Assembly: GCA_012797815.1 (NCBI GenBank)
Contig: JAAZOK010000075.1
Location: forward strand, 8,484 to 32,483
Source: Chloroflexota bacterium
Lineage (GTDB): Bacteria > Chloroflexota > Anaerolineae > Anaerolineales > Anaerolineaceae
DNA: 24,000 nucleotides
Reading direction: 5' to 3'
A program made the position numbers and the translations under genes. Shown piece after piece: positions 8,795-15,824 of this stretch; position 1 is the first letter of the stretch; the number at the start of each line of letters is the position of its first letter. Under the pieces are notes generated by a model, which saw only the letters and a program-made list of their open reading frames with translations, was not told where the DNA came from and made no database searches.

Positions 8795-8823
8795 GTTTAC
8801 ACCCTGCTAAACCCATCGTCAAG
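8795..8823 (-). promoter_or_regulatory. Sigma70-type promoter for the corA-mgtE leader
   Basis: Minus strand TTGACG (8823-8818), 17-nt spacer, TAAACT (8800-8795). Predicted TSS near 8788, giving a leader of about 250 nt. Confidence 0.45.
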
Positions 8824-8895
8824 AAAGTCGACAGATTTCTTTGAAGCGGCTAAATTGGAAGAGAATTCCTCAAGAACTCTCTCTGTTTTACTCCA

Positions 8896-9561
8896 TTATT
8901 TCTTGCCCAGGCTTCGGATGGTGCCCATCATTGCCACACTTTGTTTCACCTCGGGTTCACCATAATATTCAATGGTGCCCACCCCCGTGATGGCTGCATC
9001 CAGTTCGCCATTTACCCACAAGCGAGCACTGCCCACGCCGGTCAGGCTGATACGCGTTTTGTCACTTTCCAGATCATCCGCCATATAACTGCCGGCTCCG
9101 GTCAAATTGACGAACTGCTCTTTGCATTTACCGGAAATCGCCAGTTTCCCGGCTCCGGGGAGGTCGGATTTCAGAACGTCAAAGTTTATTTCTTTGAATT
9201 CCACGCTGGACGCACCACTCAAATCGAGGTGCAATTCTTTGCCCTTGAAACCTTCTGCGTCAATTTTGCAGCTACCAGTCACCTCGAGGGCATCCAACTG
9301 TTTAGCAGTGATATGAAAGATAATGCCGCGGGTTGAGAGATAATCCAACCCGGCAGTTATTTTTTCCAACCAGTCGCGACCGATATCGATGATCAGACAC
9401 CCATCGATCACATCGGTTTTAATGCGGCTCAAAACATAATCCTCCGCTTCAACAGTAACTTCCTGCTTGGAGCTCTGCTTGAGTTCGATCTTGCCAATTC
9501 CTTTAACCCGGATGCGGTGAAATTCACCTAATTCTCTGGTTTCCATTTTTATCTCAGACAT
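8896..9561 (-). CDS. DUF2807 / GIN-domain (putative auto-transporter adhesin head-like beta-helix) protein
   Basis: 221 aa. Repetitive 'G-x-G-x-I/V...' beta-solenoid pattern ('VKGIGKIEL', 'VTGSCKIDA', 'LSGASSVEF', 'LTGAGSYMA', 'LTGVGSARL', 'ITGVGTIEY') typical of DUF2807. AGGAGAG RBS. No N-terminal signal peptide is visible. Confidence 0.6.
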   Translation of the reverse strand: MSEIKMETRELGEFHRIRVKGIGKIELKQSSKQEVTVEAEDYVLSRIKTDVIDGCLIIDIGRDWLEKITAGLDYLSTRGIIFHITAKQLDALEVTGSCKIDAEGFKGKELHLDLSGASSVEFKEINFDVLKSDLPGAGKLAISGKCKEQFVNLTGAGSYMADDLESDKTRISLTGVGSARLWVNGELDAAITGVGTIEYYGEPEVKQSVAMMGTIRSLGKK

Positions 9562-9621
9562 ATTCTCTCCTATTCATGCGATACATGCATTTAATATACG
9601 CTTTTTTGAGATATGGGTTGT

Positions 9622-9649
9622 AAAAAAATAGCGCAGCTCACTGCGCTAT
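9622..9649 (-). terminator. Intrinsic terminator after the Yip1-family gene
   Basis: Perfect 9-bp stem ATAGCGCAG / CTGCGCTAT (9628-9636 / 9641-9649) with a 4-nt loop. On the minus strand it is followed by a 7-T run (A run 9622-9628 on +). Confidence 0.75.
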
Positions 9650-9668
9650 TTTATCTATGCGTTCTTTT

Positions 9669-10250
9669 CTAGCGCATCAGGCGCAACATGGAAGCTTCCA
9701 CGCCCAACCCCAAACCGGAAAGGATCAAACCCGCCAGCCATACCACAATGCCCTGCGCTACCGCACCAATCACGATGGTAAGGATGGTCTCGCCCCATTC
9801 GAGGTCAAGGGCTTCTTTTGCAGCAATGACCCATGCCACCAAACCGGCAATAACCCCGGCAATTTCAAAAACGCCGGTGGCGCACAGCAGAGCGGGAGAA
9901 ATGACCGCTACAATCCCCAAAAAACCCACTGCGTTCCATACATAAGCCAGTCCCAGGGTGCGTACCAATTCATTGAAGTTTGTATTGGCATTAAATAATT
10001 TTTTGCTGACCCAATCGATGACGAAGCAACTCAGCGCAAAGCCACCTACCAAAAATACCGCGCGAATGATGGAACGAAGCAGCCATGAACCAAAACTCAC
10101 CCTCAATATTCCCACATTGCTCCCCATACTGCTCAATAGCGCAACGACGGAAACAATGATCCACGCCGAATTGGTAAATGATTGGTCCTCTTCTACTTCT
10201 TTATAAATGCCTTTCCGGAATGAGAATGCTGCAATGATCTTTTCTATCAT
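9669..10250 (-). CDS. Yip1-domain family integral membrane protein
   Basis: 193 aa. N-terminus 'FRKGIYKEVEEDQSFTNSAWIIV' followed by about 5 TM helices, the usual Yip1/DUF1282 layout. AAGGAGGT RBS. Confidence 0.6.
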   Translation of the reverse strand: MIEKIIAAFSFRKGIYKEVEEDQSFTNSAWIIVSVVALLSSMGSNVGILRVSFGSWLLRSIIRAVFLVGGFALSCFVIDWVSKKLFNANTNFNELVRTLGLAYVWNAVGFLGIVAVISPALLCATGVFEIAGVIAGLVAWVIAAKEALDLEWGETILTIVIGAVAQGIVVWLAGLILSGLGLGVEASMLRLMR

Positions 10251-10376
10251 GGTCAGTACCTCCTTATAGATTATTTGAATTTCTCTTTAACCAAAGAGAT
10301 ACTAATACTATACATAGCTTTCCATGTAGTTTCTTTAAATATTTATTAATATTTTTCTTTAAATTGATAAAAATGC

Positions 10377-11345
10377 TTAATCGGAAATACCCTGCTTCAA
10401 ACGCAGCATTTCTCTGGCAGTCCCATCATCGATGACCAGAACATTGAATTGGTGATCTTTGACCGCCGCCAGGAATACCTGTGCTTTGAGCGGGTTAGAA
10501 CCGATGCCAATGGACCATTTGGCATTCCTGATCACATCAATAGGGGCACCGATGATGCGTCGATTGAAAAAGTTATCAATCGGGTGTCCATTTTCATCGA
10601 TCATGCGTGACAGAGAGTGCCCGATCGCACCCTCCGCCTGGAACTTGGCACGATCTTCCCTGCGAATGTAGCCGGAACGTTCCAGACTGGACAGGTTGTC
10701 CATCAATGAACCGACGCTGGAAATGGTGATTTCCGAATTATGTGCCTTTTGCATGGTTTCGCGGATGTATTTTTCGTTCATCAAATGCTTGGCTATTTCG
10801 GGAGATTCGACCACTGCAGGAGCCTGGAGATAACGATAAGTGCCTCCCAGACAACGTGCCATCTTCTGCGCCAGTTCCGGACCATCAATAGCTGGGTCGC
10901 CGAACCCCAAGCCGCCCATCAACTGGATGACTTCAATGCCTTCATAATCGAAGTTATACTCTGACAACTCCTGCACCAGATAAGAAAGGGTTACCCCAAA
11001 GCTGATGCCAATGGTCACATTATCATGCAGAATTTGAGAGAGAAATTCCGCTGCAGCAAATCCAACATTGTAGAAAGACTGTTCATTACTGATGCCCCCA
11101 GAAACCACGATCGCTTCTTTTAAGTTAAAGGAATGCTTGATTTTTTCTGCCAGAGAAGGAAATTTTTCTACCGGTCGTTTGATATAGATCCGAACAATTC
11201 CTGATTCTATCGCTTCTGCCAGCAAACGGGAAACTGTCGAACGAGAACAATCGAGCGCTTTCGCGATCTCTGATTGACCCAAACGCTGTTCATAATACAA
11301 TTCGGCAGCGCGGATCATGTTCGTCTCTTTGGAATTCAACCTCAA
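10377..11345 (-). CDS. SorC-family (DeoR/CggR-like) sugar-binding transcriptional regulator
   Basis: N-terminal HTH 'LGQSEIAKALDCSRSTVSRLLAEAIESGIVRI' plus a C-terminal sugar-phosphate-binding domain of about 250 aa. TTG start preceded by GGAGGAGGAAG. Confidence 0.8.
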   Translation of the reverse strand: MRLNSKETNMIRAAELYYEQRLGQSEIAKALDCSRSTVSRLLAEAIESGIVRIYIKRPVEKFPSLAEKIKHSFNLKEAIVVSGGISNEQSFYNVGFAAAEFLSQILHDNVTIGISFGVTLSYLVQELSEYNFDYEGIEVIQLMGGLGFGDPAIDGPELAQKMARCLGGTYRYLQAPAVVESPEIAKHLMNEKYIRETMQKAHNSEITISSVGSLMDNLSSLERSGYIRREDRAKFQAEGAIGHSLSRMIDENGHPIDNFFNRRIIGAPIDVIRNAKWSIGIGSNPLKAQVFLAAVKDHQFNVLVIDDGTAREMLRLKQGISD

Positions 11346-11383
11346 AACTTCCTCCTCCTTATTTTTGATTCAAGTATTCTATT

Positions 11384-11842
11384 TTAATTGAAGAATTTAA
11401 TCAATAAATCACGCACCTGCTTTTTCTCGGTTGCTGCACGGATGGCAGCAAGATTCTTCTCTTCACTACAAAATAGGGCTAAATCGCGCAGGGCTTGCAT
11501 ATGTTCTTCTTTATTAGGAGCCGCAAAACTGAAAACCACATCCACCGGGTCATTCACCGGCACTCCAAAATTAACCGGGGTTTTCAACGTGACCAGGCTG
11601 AAACAGGTACGCTTGACCCCTTTATCAGGACCGGCATGTCCCAAAGCCAATCCTGGTGCGATGACCACATAGGGTCCCAGCTCTTTTACCATGGCGATCA
11701 TGGCATCCAGATAACGCGGTTCCACTCCACCATCCTCAATGAGAAGCTGTGCGCCTTGCTGCAAGGCTTCTTCCCAATTTTCGACCGCTATATTCAATTC
11801 GATCATATTTTCTTGCAGTAAATCTAATAATGTCGCTGCCAT
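11384..11842 (-). CDS. PTS EIIA component (PTS_EIIA_2, ascorbate/mannitol-fructose type; UlaC/SgcA-like)
   Basis: 152 aa. Phosphorylatable His context 'IAPGLALGHAGP'. Located with Asc-family IIC/IIB genes. Confidence 0.8.
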   Translation of the reverse strand: MAATLLDLLQENMIELNIAVENWEEALQQGAQLLIEDGGVEPRYLDAMIAMVKELGPYVVIAPGLALGHAGPDKGVKRTCFSLVTLKTPVNFGVPVNDPVDVVFSFAAPNKEEHMQALRDLALFCSEEKNLAAIRAATEKKQVRDLLIKFFN

Positions 11843-11864
11843 TTGAATAATTCCTATAATTTCG

Positions 11865-11881
11865 ATTCTAGCATTCTAACA
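11865..11881 (-). promoter_or_regulatory. Possible internal promoter (tandem extended -10 boxes) for IIA-sorC
   Basis: Minus strand TGTTAGAATGCTAGAAT holds two overlapping TGnTAGAAT elements. It lies between the IIC-distal terminator and the IIA ATG. No clear -35. Confidence 0.25.
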
Positions 11882-11888
11882 GTGAGAT

Positions 11889-11935
11889 AAAAAAGGGGCT
11901 CCATGGAACAAGATAATCATAATCATGGAGCACCC
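11889..11935 (-). terminator. Intrinsic terminator between PTS IIC and IIA genes
   Basis: Minus strand GGGTGCTCCATG ... CATGGAGCCCC (8 perfect bp plus a GGG/CCC extension with one bulge), followed by TTTTTT (A run 11889-11894 on +). Confidence 0.55.
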
Positions 11936-11985
11936 TTTCACAGTCATGCTGAAATATTAAGTTATTCCAGCGCTACCACAAATAA

Positions 11986-13308
11986 TTAGACTCCGTAAGG
12001 AGGTACTGGCAGACCAAACAGGTTGCCAACGAAGCGGAGCACTACGGTAATTGCGGGCCATACGGTTGCCCAGTCGAAGTTACCCATCCAACCGCCGGTC
12101 ATACCGGACATGGGGATAACCAGTGCAGAACCAAACACCTGCACAAGACCGGTCAGGGTGCAGAAGAACGCAACAGCTTTGAAACCACCGTGCTTGTTAG
12201 CATACACGCCCACAGGACCACCATCAAAGAACAGCGGCACGAAGCCAGCTAAAATGACGACCGGTGATTTGATCAGGATCAAGACAGCGATGGCAATCAA
12301 TTCACCCAGGGTGGTGAACAGGAATCCGAGCATCCAGGCATTCGGGGAGAAAGCGAAGATAGCAGGGCAGTCCACACCGACAACGGCGTTCTTTAGCAGT
12401 TTTTCAGAAACACCCTTGAATGAGTTGGCTAACTCAGCCACAAAGAGGCGCACACCGGTCAGGATGATGGTTACATACACTGCGAAAGAAACACCGGTGA
12501 GAATGGTGTAAAGGAACCAGTTGGTCCCGGCAGCCATTTCGGTGACTTTCGGAATTCCGAGCGCCAACATGATGACAAGGATAAAGAAGAACATGATGAT
12601 CGCCATGGCGACAATATTATCCTGCAAAACAGATAACCAGCCGGGTAATTCCAGATTTTCGCAATCATCTTCTTCGGGATCGCCAAATTTATGGGAGAAC
12701 TTTGAAGCGATCCAATCCATCAACATCTGTTGGTGACCGAGGGTAAAACCAGCATTGTTGGTTACTTTATTGGTTGGGCCGATCAATGCACTGGAGCCAA
12801 GAGTCCAGTAGATACCGACCAGTCCACCAGCGATCAAAATGGTGGGCAGCATGGGTAAACCAAGGTTGTAAGCAACCAGAGCGGTAGCGATACAAGATTG
12901 TTGGAACATGATATGACCGGTCAGGAACAGACCTTTTAGTTTGGTGAAGGCAACCAATAAGATATTCACACCTAAAGCGATCAAGATCACATAGCCAACC
13001 CAGGCTTGATTGTCGCCCAGCGCATCCAAAGCAGCGGGGAAGCCAACGTATGGATCGATAATGGTTCCGGTGATGCCGAACCGCTCGGAAAGACCGACCA
13101 GGATAGGGCGGAAGGTTGCGGTTAATTGTCCGGCACCAACCTGCAGGATCATGACACCAACCAGGGTTTTGATTGCGCCAGAAAGCACGGTTACAAAAGG
13201 CCGCTTCAACAAAGTGTAACCAATTGCAACAATGATAGCCAAAAGCAATTGCGGCTTGGTAATAACCTGATTGAAAATTACATTCCAGACATCTAGAAGA
13301 AATTGCAT
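11986..13308 (-). CDS. PTS ascorbate-family EIIC permease (UlaA/SgaT-like)
   Basis: 440 aa polytopic membrane protein. N-terminus 'FLLDVWNVIFNQVITKPQLLLAIIVAIGYTLLKRP' and length are typical of UlaA/SgaT. AGGAG RBS. Confidence 0.85.
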   Translation of the reverse strand: MQFLLDVWNVIFNQVITKPQLLLAIIVAIGYTLLKRPFVTVLSGAIKTLVGVMILQVGAGQLTATFRPILVGLSERFGITGTIIDPYVGFPAALDALGDNQAWVGYVILIALGVNILLVAFTKLKGLFLTGHIMFQQSCIATALVAYNLGLPMLPTILIAGGLVGIYWTLGSSALIGPTNKVTNNAGFTLGHQQMLMDWIASKFSHKFGDPEEDDCENLELPGWLSVLQDNIVAMAIIMFFFILVIMLALGIPKVTEMAAGTNWFLYTILTGVSFAVYVTIILTGVRLFVAELANSFKGVSEKLLKNAVVGVDCPAIFAFSPNAWMLGFLFTTLGELIAIAVLILIKSPVVILAGFVPLFFDGGPVGVYANKHGGFKAVAFFCTLTGLVQVFGSALVIPMSGMTGGWMGNFDWATVWPAITVVLRFVGNLFGLPVPPYGV

Positions 13309-13402
13309 TTCATTTACTCCTTTTCATATTATTATTTCGAATTTACCGTTAAGAATTATTTGTAAATATTTCCAGGCGCACCTCCTTCGAAATATGATTC
13401 AT

Positions 13403-13714
13403 CTATTCGGAGAAATTTTCTTTAATGACTTCTTTAACTCTCTTCGACAATTCTTCCTTATCCAAAATATTCTGGCAGGTTATGACAGGTTTATCTTTGG
13501 GAAGCACGCTTTCAACGCCCTTGTAAAAAGCCGTGCTGGTGATAACCACATCGGCAAAGGGAATCATGCCGGCAGCTTGCGCCACACTGGTGGATTCTAC
13601 AATGCCGTGTACATTAAGATCAGCCAACACTCCCTCCAAGATCATCTTCACGATCAGGCTGCTTCCAAGCCCATTGCCACAAATTGCCAGAAACTTGATG
13701 GTCTTTCTTTTCAT
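13403..13714 (-). CDS. PTS EIIB component (UlaB/SgaB-like)
   Basis: 103 aa. Active-site Cys loop 'KFLAICGNGLGSSL'. GGAG RBS. Confidence 0.85.
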   Translation of the reverse strand: MKRKTIKFLAICGNGLGSSLIVKMILEGVLADLNVHGIVESTSVAQAAGMIPFADVVITSTAFYKGVESVLPKDKPVITCQNILDKEELSKRVKEVIKENFSE

Positions 13715-13966
13715 TATCTACTCCGGGGAAATTTATTTTTACCGCTTCATATTATTTCATAAAAATTTTATAAAAAATACCTAAATCTTTTATATTGAAA
13801 TTATTTGCATTTTATAATAATATGTTCATATAGTATAATATATTCAGTTTGTTGTCAAGATTGCAATTTTGTCGGAAACAACAAGGCGAGGAACAAAAAA
13901 ACAATATAAATCCAGACAGCAGAAAATTATTCTGGAAAAAATTAATAGTTTGCAGAGGAGATACTT
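13715..13966. promoter_or_regulatory. AT-rich divergent control region between the PTS arm and the PTE/sgcQ/ulaE arm
   Basis: 252-nt very AT-rich spacer between divergent start codons. Many -10-like hexamers (e.g. TATAAT at 13813-13818 and 13834-13839). Short inverted repeat TTGTTGT/ACAACAA around 13849-13883. Exact promoters cannot be resolved by eye. Confidence 0.5.
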
Positions 13967-14932
13967 ATGGGAAAAGTCAGGACAGTTTTAGGAGATGTGG
14001 ATTCCAAAGATCTGGGCATTGTGGATGCACACGAGCATCTGATCCGCACCGGCGGTTTGGAAATCCTGAAAAATGGAGAGGACTGGCGTTTGAACGACGT
14101 TAGTAAAGCCATTGAAGAAGTAAAATTATTCGCCCAAGCCGGTGGGAAAACTATCGTTGATATGAACCCGATCAGCAACGGACGCGATGTTCAAAAACTG
14201 GTCGAGATCGCCAAAGCCGTTCCGGAAGTTCATATCATGACCTGCACCGGTTTTCATGAAGGGCGCATTTATGACAATGTGATCCACTGGTCCGCCACAT
14301 ACGAGGTTAACCGCATTGTGGATCTGCTGGTTGCCGATATCGAGGAAGGAATCGATATTTACGACTACAACGGTCCGTACGTGGAACGCAGTTCTGCCAA
14401 AGCCAGCTGCATCAAGATCGGCACCGCTTATGGCTTGATCACACCCGTCGAAGAAAAATTGATCAAAGCCGCCGCACTGGCTCAACAGGAAACCGGAGTA
14501 CCCATCAACACCCATACTTCCGGCGGAACCATGGCTTACGAACAAGCCGAGCGATTGATCCGTTACGGCGTGAAACCGGAAAAGATCATCATTGGACATG
14601 TCCAGCGCAACCCGGATGTTTGGTATCACAAGAAAATCGCAGCCATGGGCGCCAATTTCATGTATGACGGCTCCTACCGTATTAAATACTTACCTGATAG
14701 CTCACGCGCTATGCTGATCAAAGAAATGATCAAAGCCGGTTATCAGAAACACATCTGCCTCGGCACCGATGCCGGGCGCCGAACCTACCACAAAACCTGG
14801 GGGAGTGGCACGGGAGTTGATTACGACGAGACCGTTTTCATGCCCCGTCTGCGTGACGAAGGTGTATCCGAAGAAGCTATCCAGGATATCTATATCAATA
14901 ACCCGGCTCGCTTCTTCTCAATCGACAAATAA
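13967..14932 (+). CDS. Phosphotriesterase-family amidohydrolase (Php/PTE homology protein; probable phospho-sugar lactonase)
   Basis: 321 aa. Metal ligands in the family order: 'DAHEHL' (HxH), 'CIKIG' (Lys), 'NTHTS', 'IGHV', 'LGTDAG'. Strong by-eye similarity to E. coli Php ('ITPxEEKxxxAAALAxxxTGxPIxTHTS'). GAGGAG RBS. Confidence 0.85.
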   Translation: MGKVRTVLGDVDSKDLGIVDAHEHLIRTGGLEILKNGEDWRLNDVSKAIEEVKLFAQAGGKTIVDMNPISNGRDVQKLVEIAKAVPEVHIMTCTGFHEGRIYDNVIHWSATYEVNRIVDLLVADIEEGIDIYDYNGPYVERSSAKASCIKIGTAYGLITPVEEKLIKAAALAQQETGVPINTHTSGGTMAYEQAERLIRYGVKPEKIIIGHVQRNPDVWYHKKIAAMGANFMYDGSYRIKYLPDSSRAMLIKEMIKAGYQKHICLGTDAGRRTYHKTWGSGTGVDYDETVFMPRLRDEGVSEEAIQDIYINNPARFFSIDK

Positions 14933-14942
14933 TATTTCGACC

Positions 14943-14979
14943 GAAATCTCCCCATCCATATGGGGAGATTTCCTTTTCC
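14943..14979 (+). terminator. Strong intercistronic hairpin / possible partial terminator between the PTE gene and sgcQ-like gene
   Basis: Perfect 13-bp stem GAAATCTCCCCAT (14943-14955) / ATGGGGAGATTTC (14960-14972), 4-nt loop, followed by CTTTTCC. It ends 15 nt before the next ATG. Confidence 0.5.
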
Positions 14980-14993
14980 AATGAAAGGTACCC

Positions 14994-15797
14994 ATGTCTT
15001 GGTTTAAAGAAATTTTCCACAAGGAAAAAGCAATTATCGCATCGATGTATCTACCCCCCTTACCGGGCAGCCCGGATTACCAGTCCGGTACTTCGCTCAA
15101 TCAGATCATCGATTACACCCGCGCAGAACTGGAAGCGCTGCAAGAAGGGGGGATGGATAGTGTGTGCATCGGCAACCAACGAGATTGGCCTTATAAGGTC
15201 GGTGTTGGTCCCGAAACACCCGCTCTGATGAGTGCCATCCTGACCAAAGCAGCCGATGGTCTCACCATCCCGATCGGCATTTCAATCTTTTGGGATGACC
15301 TGGCTGCTCTTGCTATTGCGAAAGCCTGCCAGGCTGCTTTTGTCAGAGGTGTTTTCCGTGGTACCTATGCCGGAGAAATGGGATTGATGAATTTGAACGC
15401 TGCCGATGGTTTACGCTACCGTAAGTTGATCGACGCGGACGATGTTAAATTGATGTTCATGCTACGCCCTATCATGGCGAAATCCACCACCGATCGCAGT
15501 CTGCTGGCAGAAATAAAAGACAGCGTCTGGGGGTCAAAACCGGATGCGTTCGCACTATGCGGACCGATTCCGGGTGAAGCACCCACACTGGAAGAATTGC
15601 AGTTGATCACAACCAACGGAAAGGGTCGCCCGGTCGTCATGAACAATGGCGCCACTCCCGAAAACATTGCTGAAGTTCTCAAAGTTTGCGATGGCGCAGT
15701 GGTTGCCACCCACCTGCGCAAAGACAAAAAGCCATCCAACCCCTTTGACCGCGACAAAGTGCGCGAGTTCATGGATATCGTTGAGAAAAACCGGTAA
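14994..15797 (+). CDS. BtpA/SgcQ-family TIM-barrel protein (function biochemically unassigned)
   Basis: 267 aa. N-terminal family signature 'IIASMYLPPLPGSPDY' (cf. 'HLxPLPGSPxY'). Confidence 0.7.
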   Translation: MSWFKEIFHKEKAIIASMYLPPLPGSPDYQSGTSLNQIIDYTRAELEALQEGGMDSVCIGNQRDWPYKVGVGPETPALMSAILTKAADGLTIPIGISIFWDDLAALAIAKACQAAFVRGVFRGTYAGEMGLMNLNAADGLRYRKLIDADDVKLMFMLRPIMAKSTTDRSLLAEIKDSVWGSKPDAFALCGPIPGEAPTLEELQLITTNGKGRPVVMNNGATPENIAEVLKVCDGAVVATHLRKDKKPSNPFDRDKVREFMDIVEKNR

Positions 15798-15824
15798 ACG
15801 AGAGACAACAAAACGGATACGGAT

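Noticed and set aside
8861-8883. Imperfect hairpin AGAGAATTC-CTCAA-GAACTCTCT just after the DUF2807 stop
   Set aside because: It has one mismatch and no T tract on the minus strand, so it is not convincing as the DUF2807 terminator. This leaves open that the 8571-8616 hairpin also serves that gene.
10282-10299. Hairpin TCTCTTT-AACC-AAAGAGA between sorC and the Yip1-family gene
   Set aside because: 7-bp AT-rich stem with no following T run on the minus strand. It lies in the probable 5' UTR and is too weak to call a terminator or regulatory element.
12023-12511. 162-aa + strand ORF inside the PTS IIC gene (plus 12521-12736 and 13010-13219)
   Set aside because: Antisense shadows of a polytopic permease gene. 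Pro/Thr/Ala-rich non-protein-like sequences.
13360-13402. Strong SD-like GAAGGAGGTG (minus strand, about 13388-13379) in the IIB-IIC spacer, possible sORF
   Set aside because: Only a frame of about 10 codons (GTG...TAA) follows it, with no recognisable features. It is more likely a fortuitous or remnant SD; the real IIC RBS (AGGAG) lies next to 13308.
13849-14103. 84-aa + ORF spanning the PTE start region
   Set aside because: It begins in the AT-rich promoter region without an RBS and overlaps the well-supported PTE frame, which has a GAGGAG RBS at the 13967 start.
14126-14629. 167-aa minus-strand ORF inside the PTE gene
   Set aside because: Antisense shadow. The + frame carries the complete PTE metal-ligand motif set.
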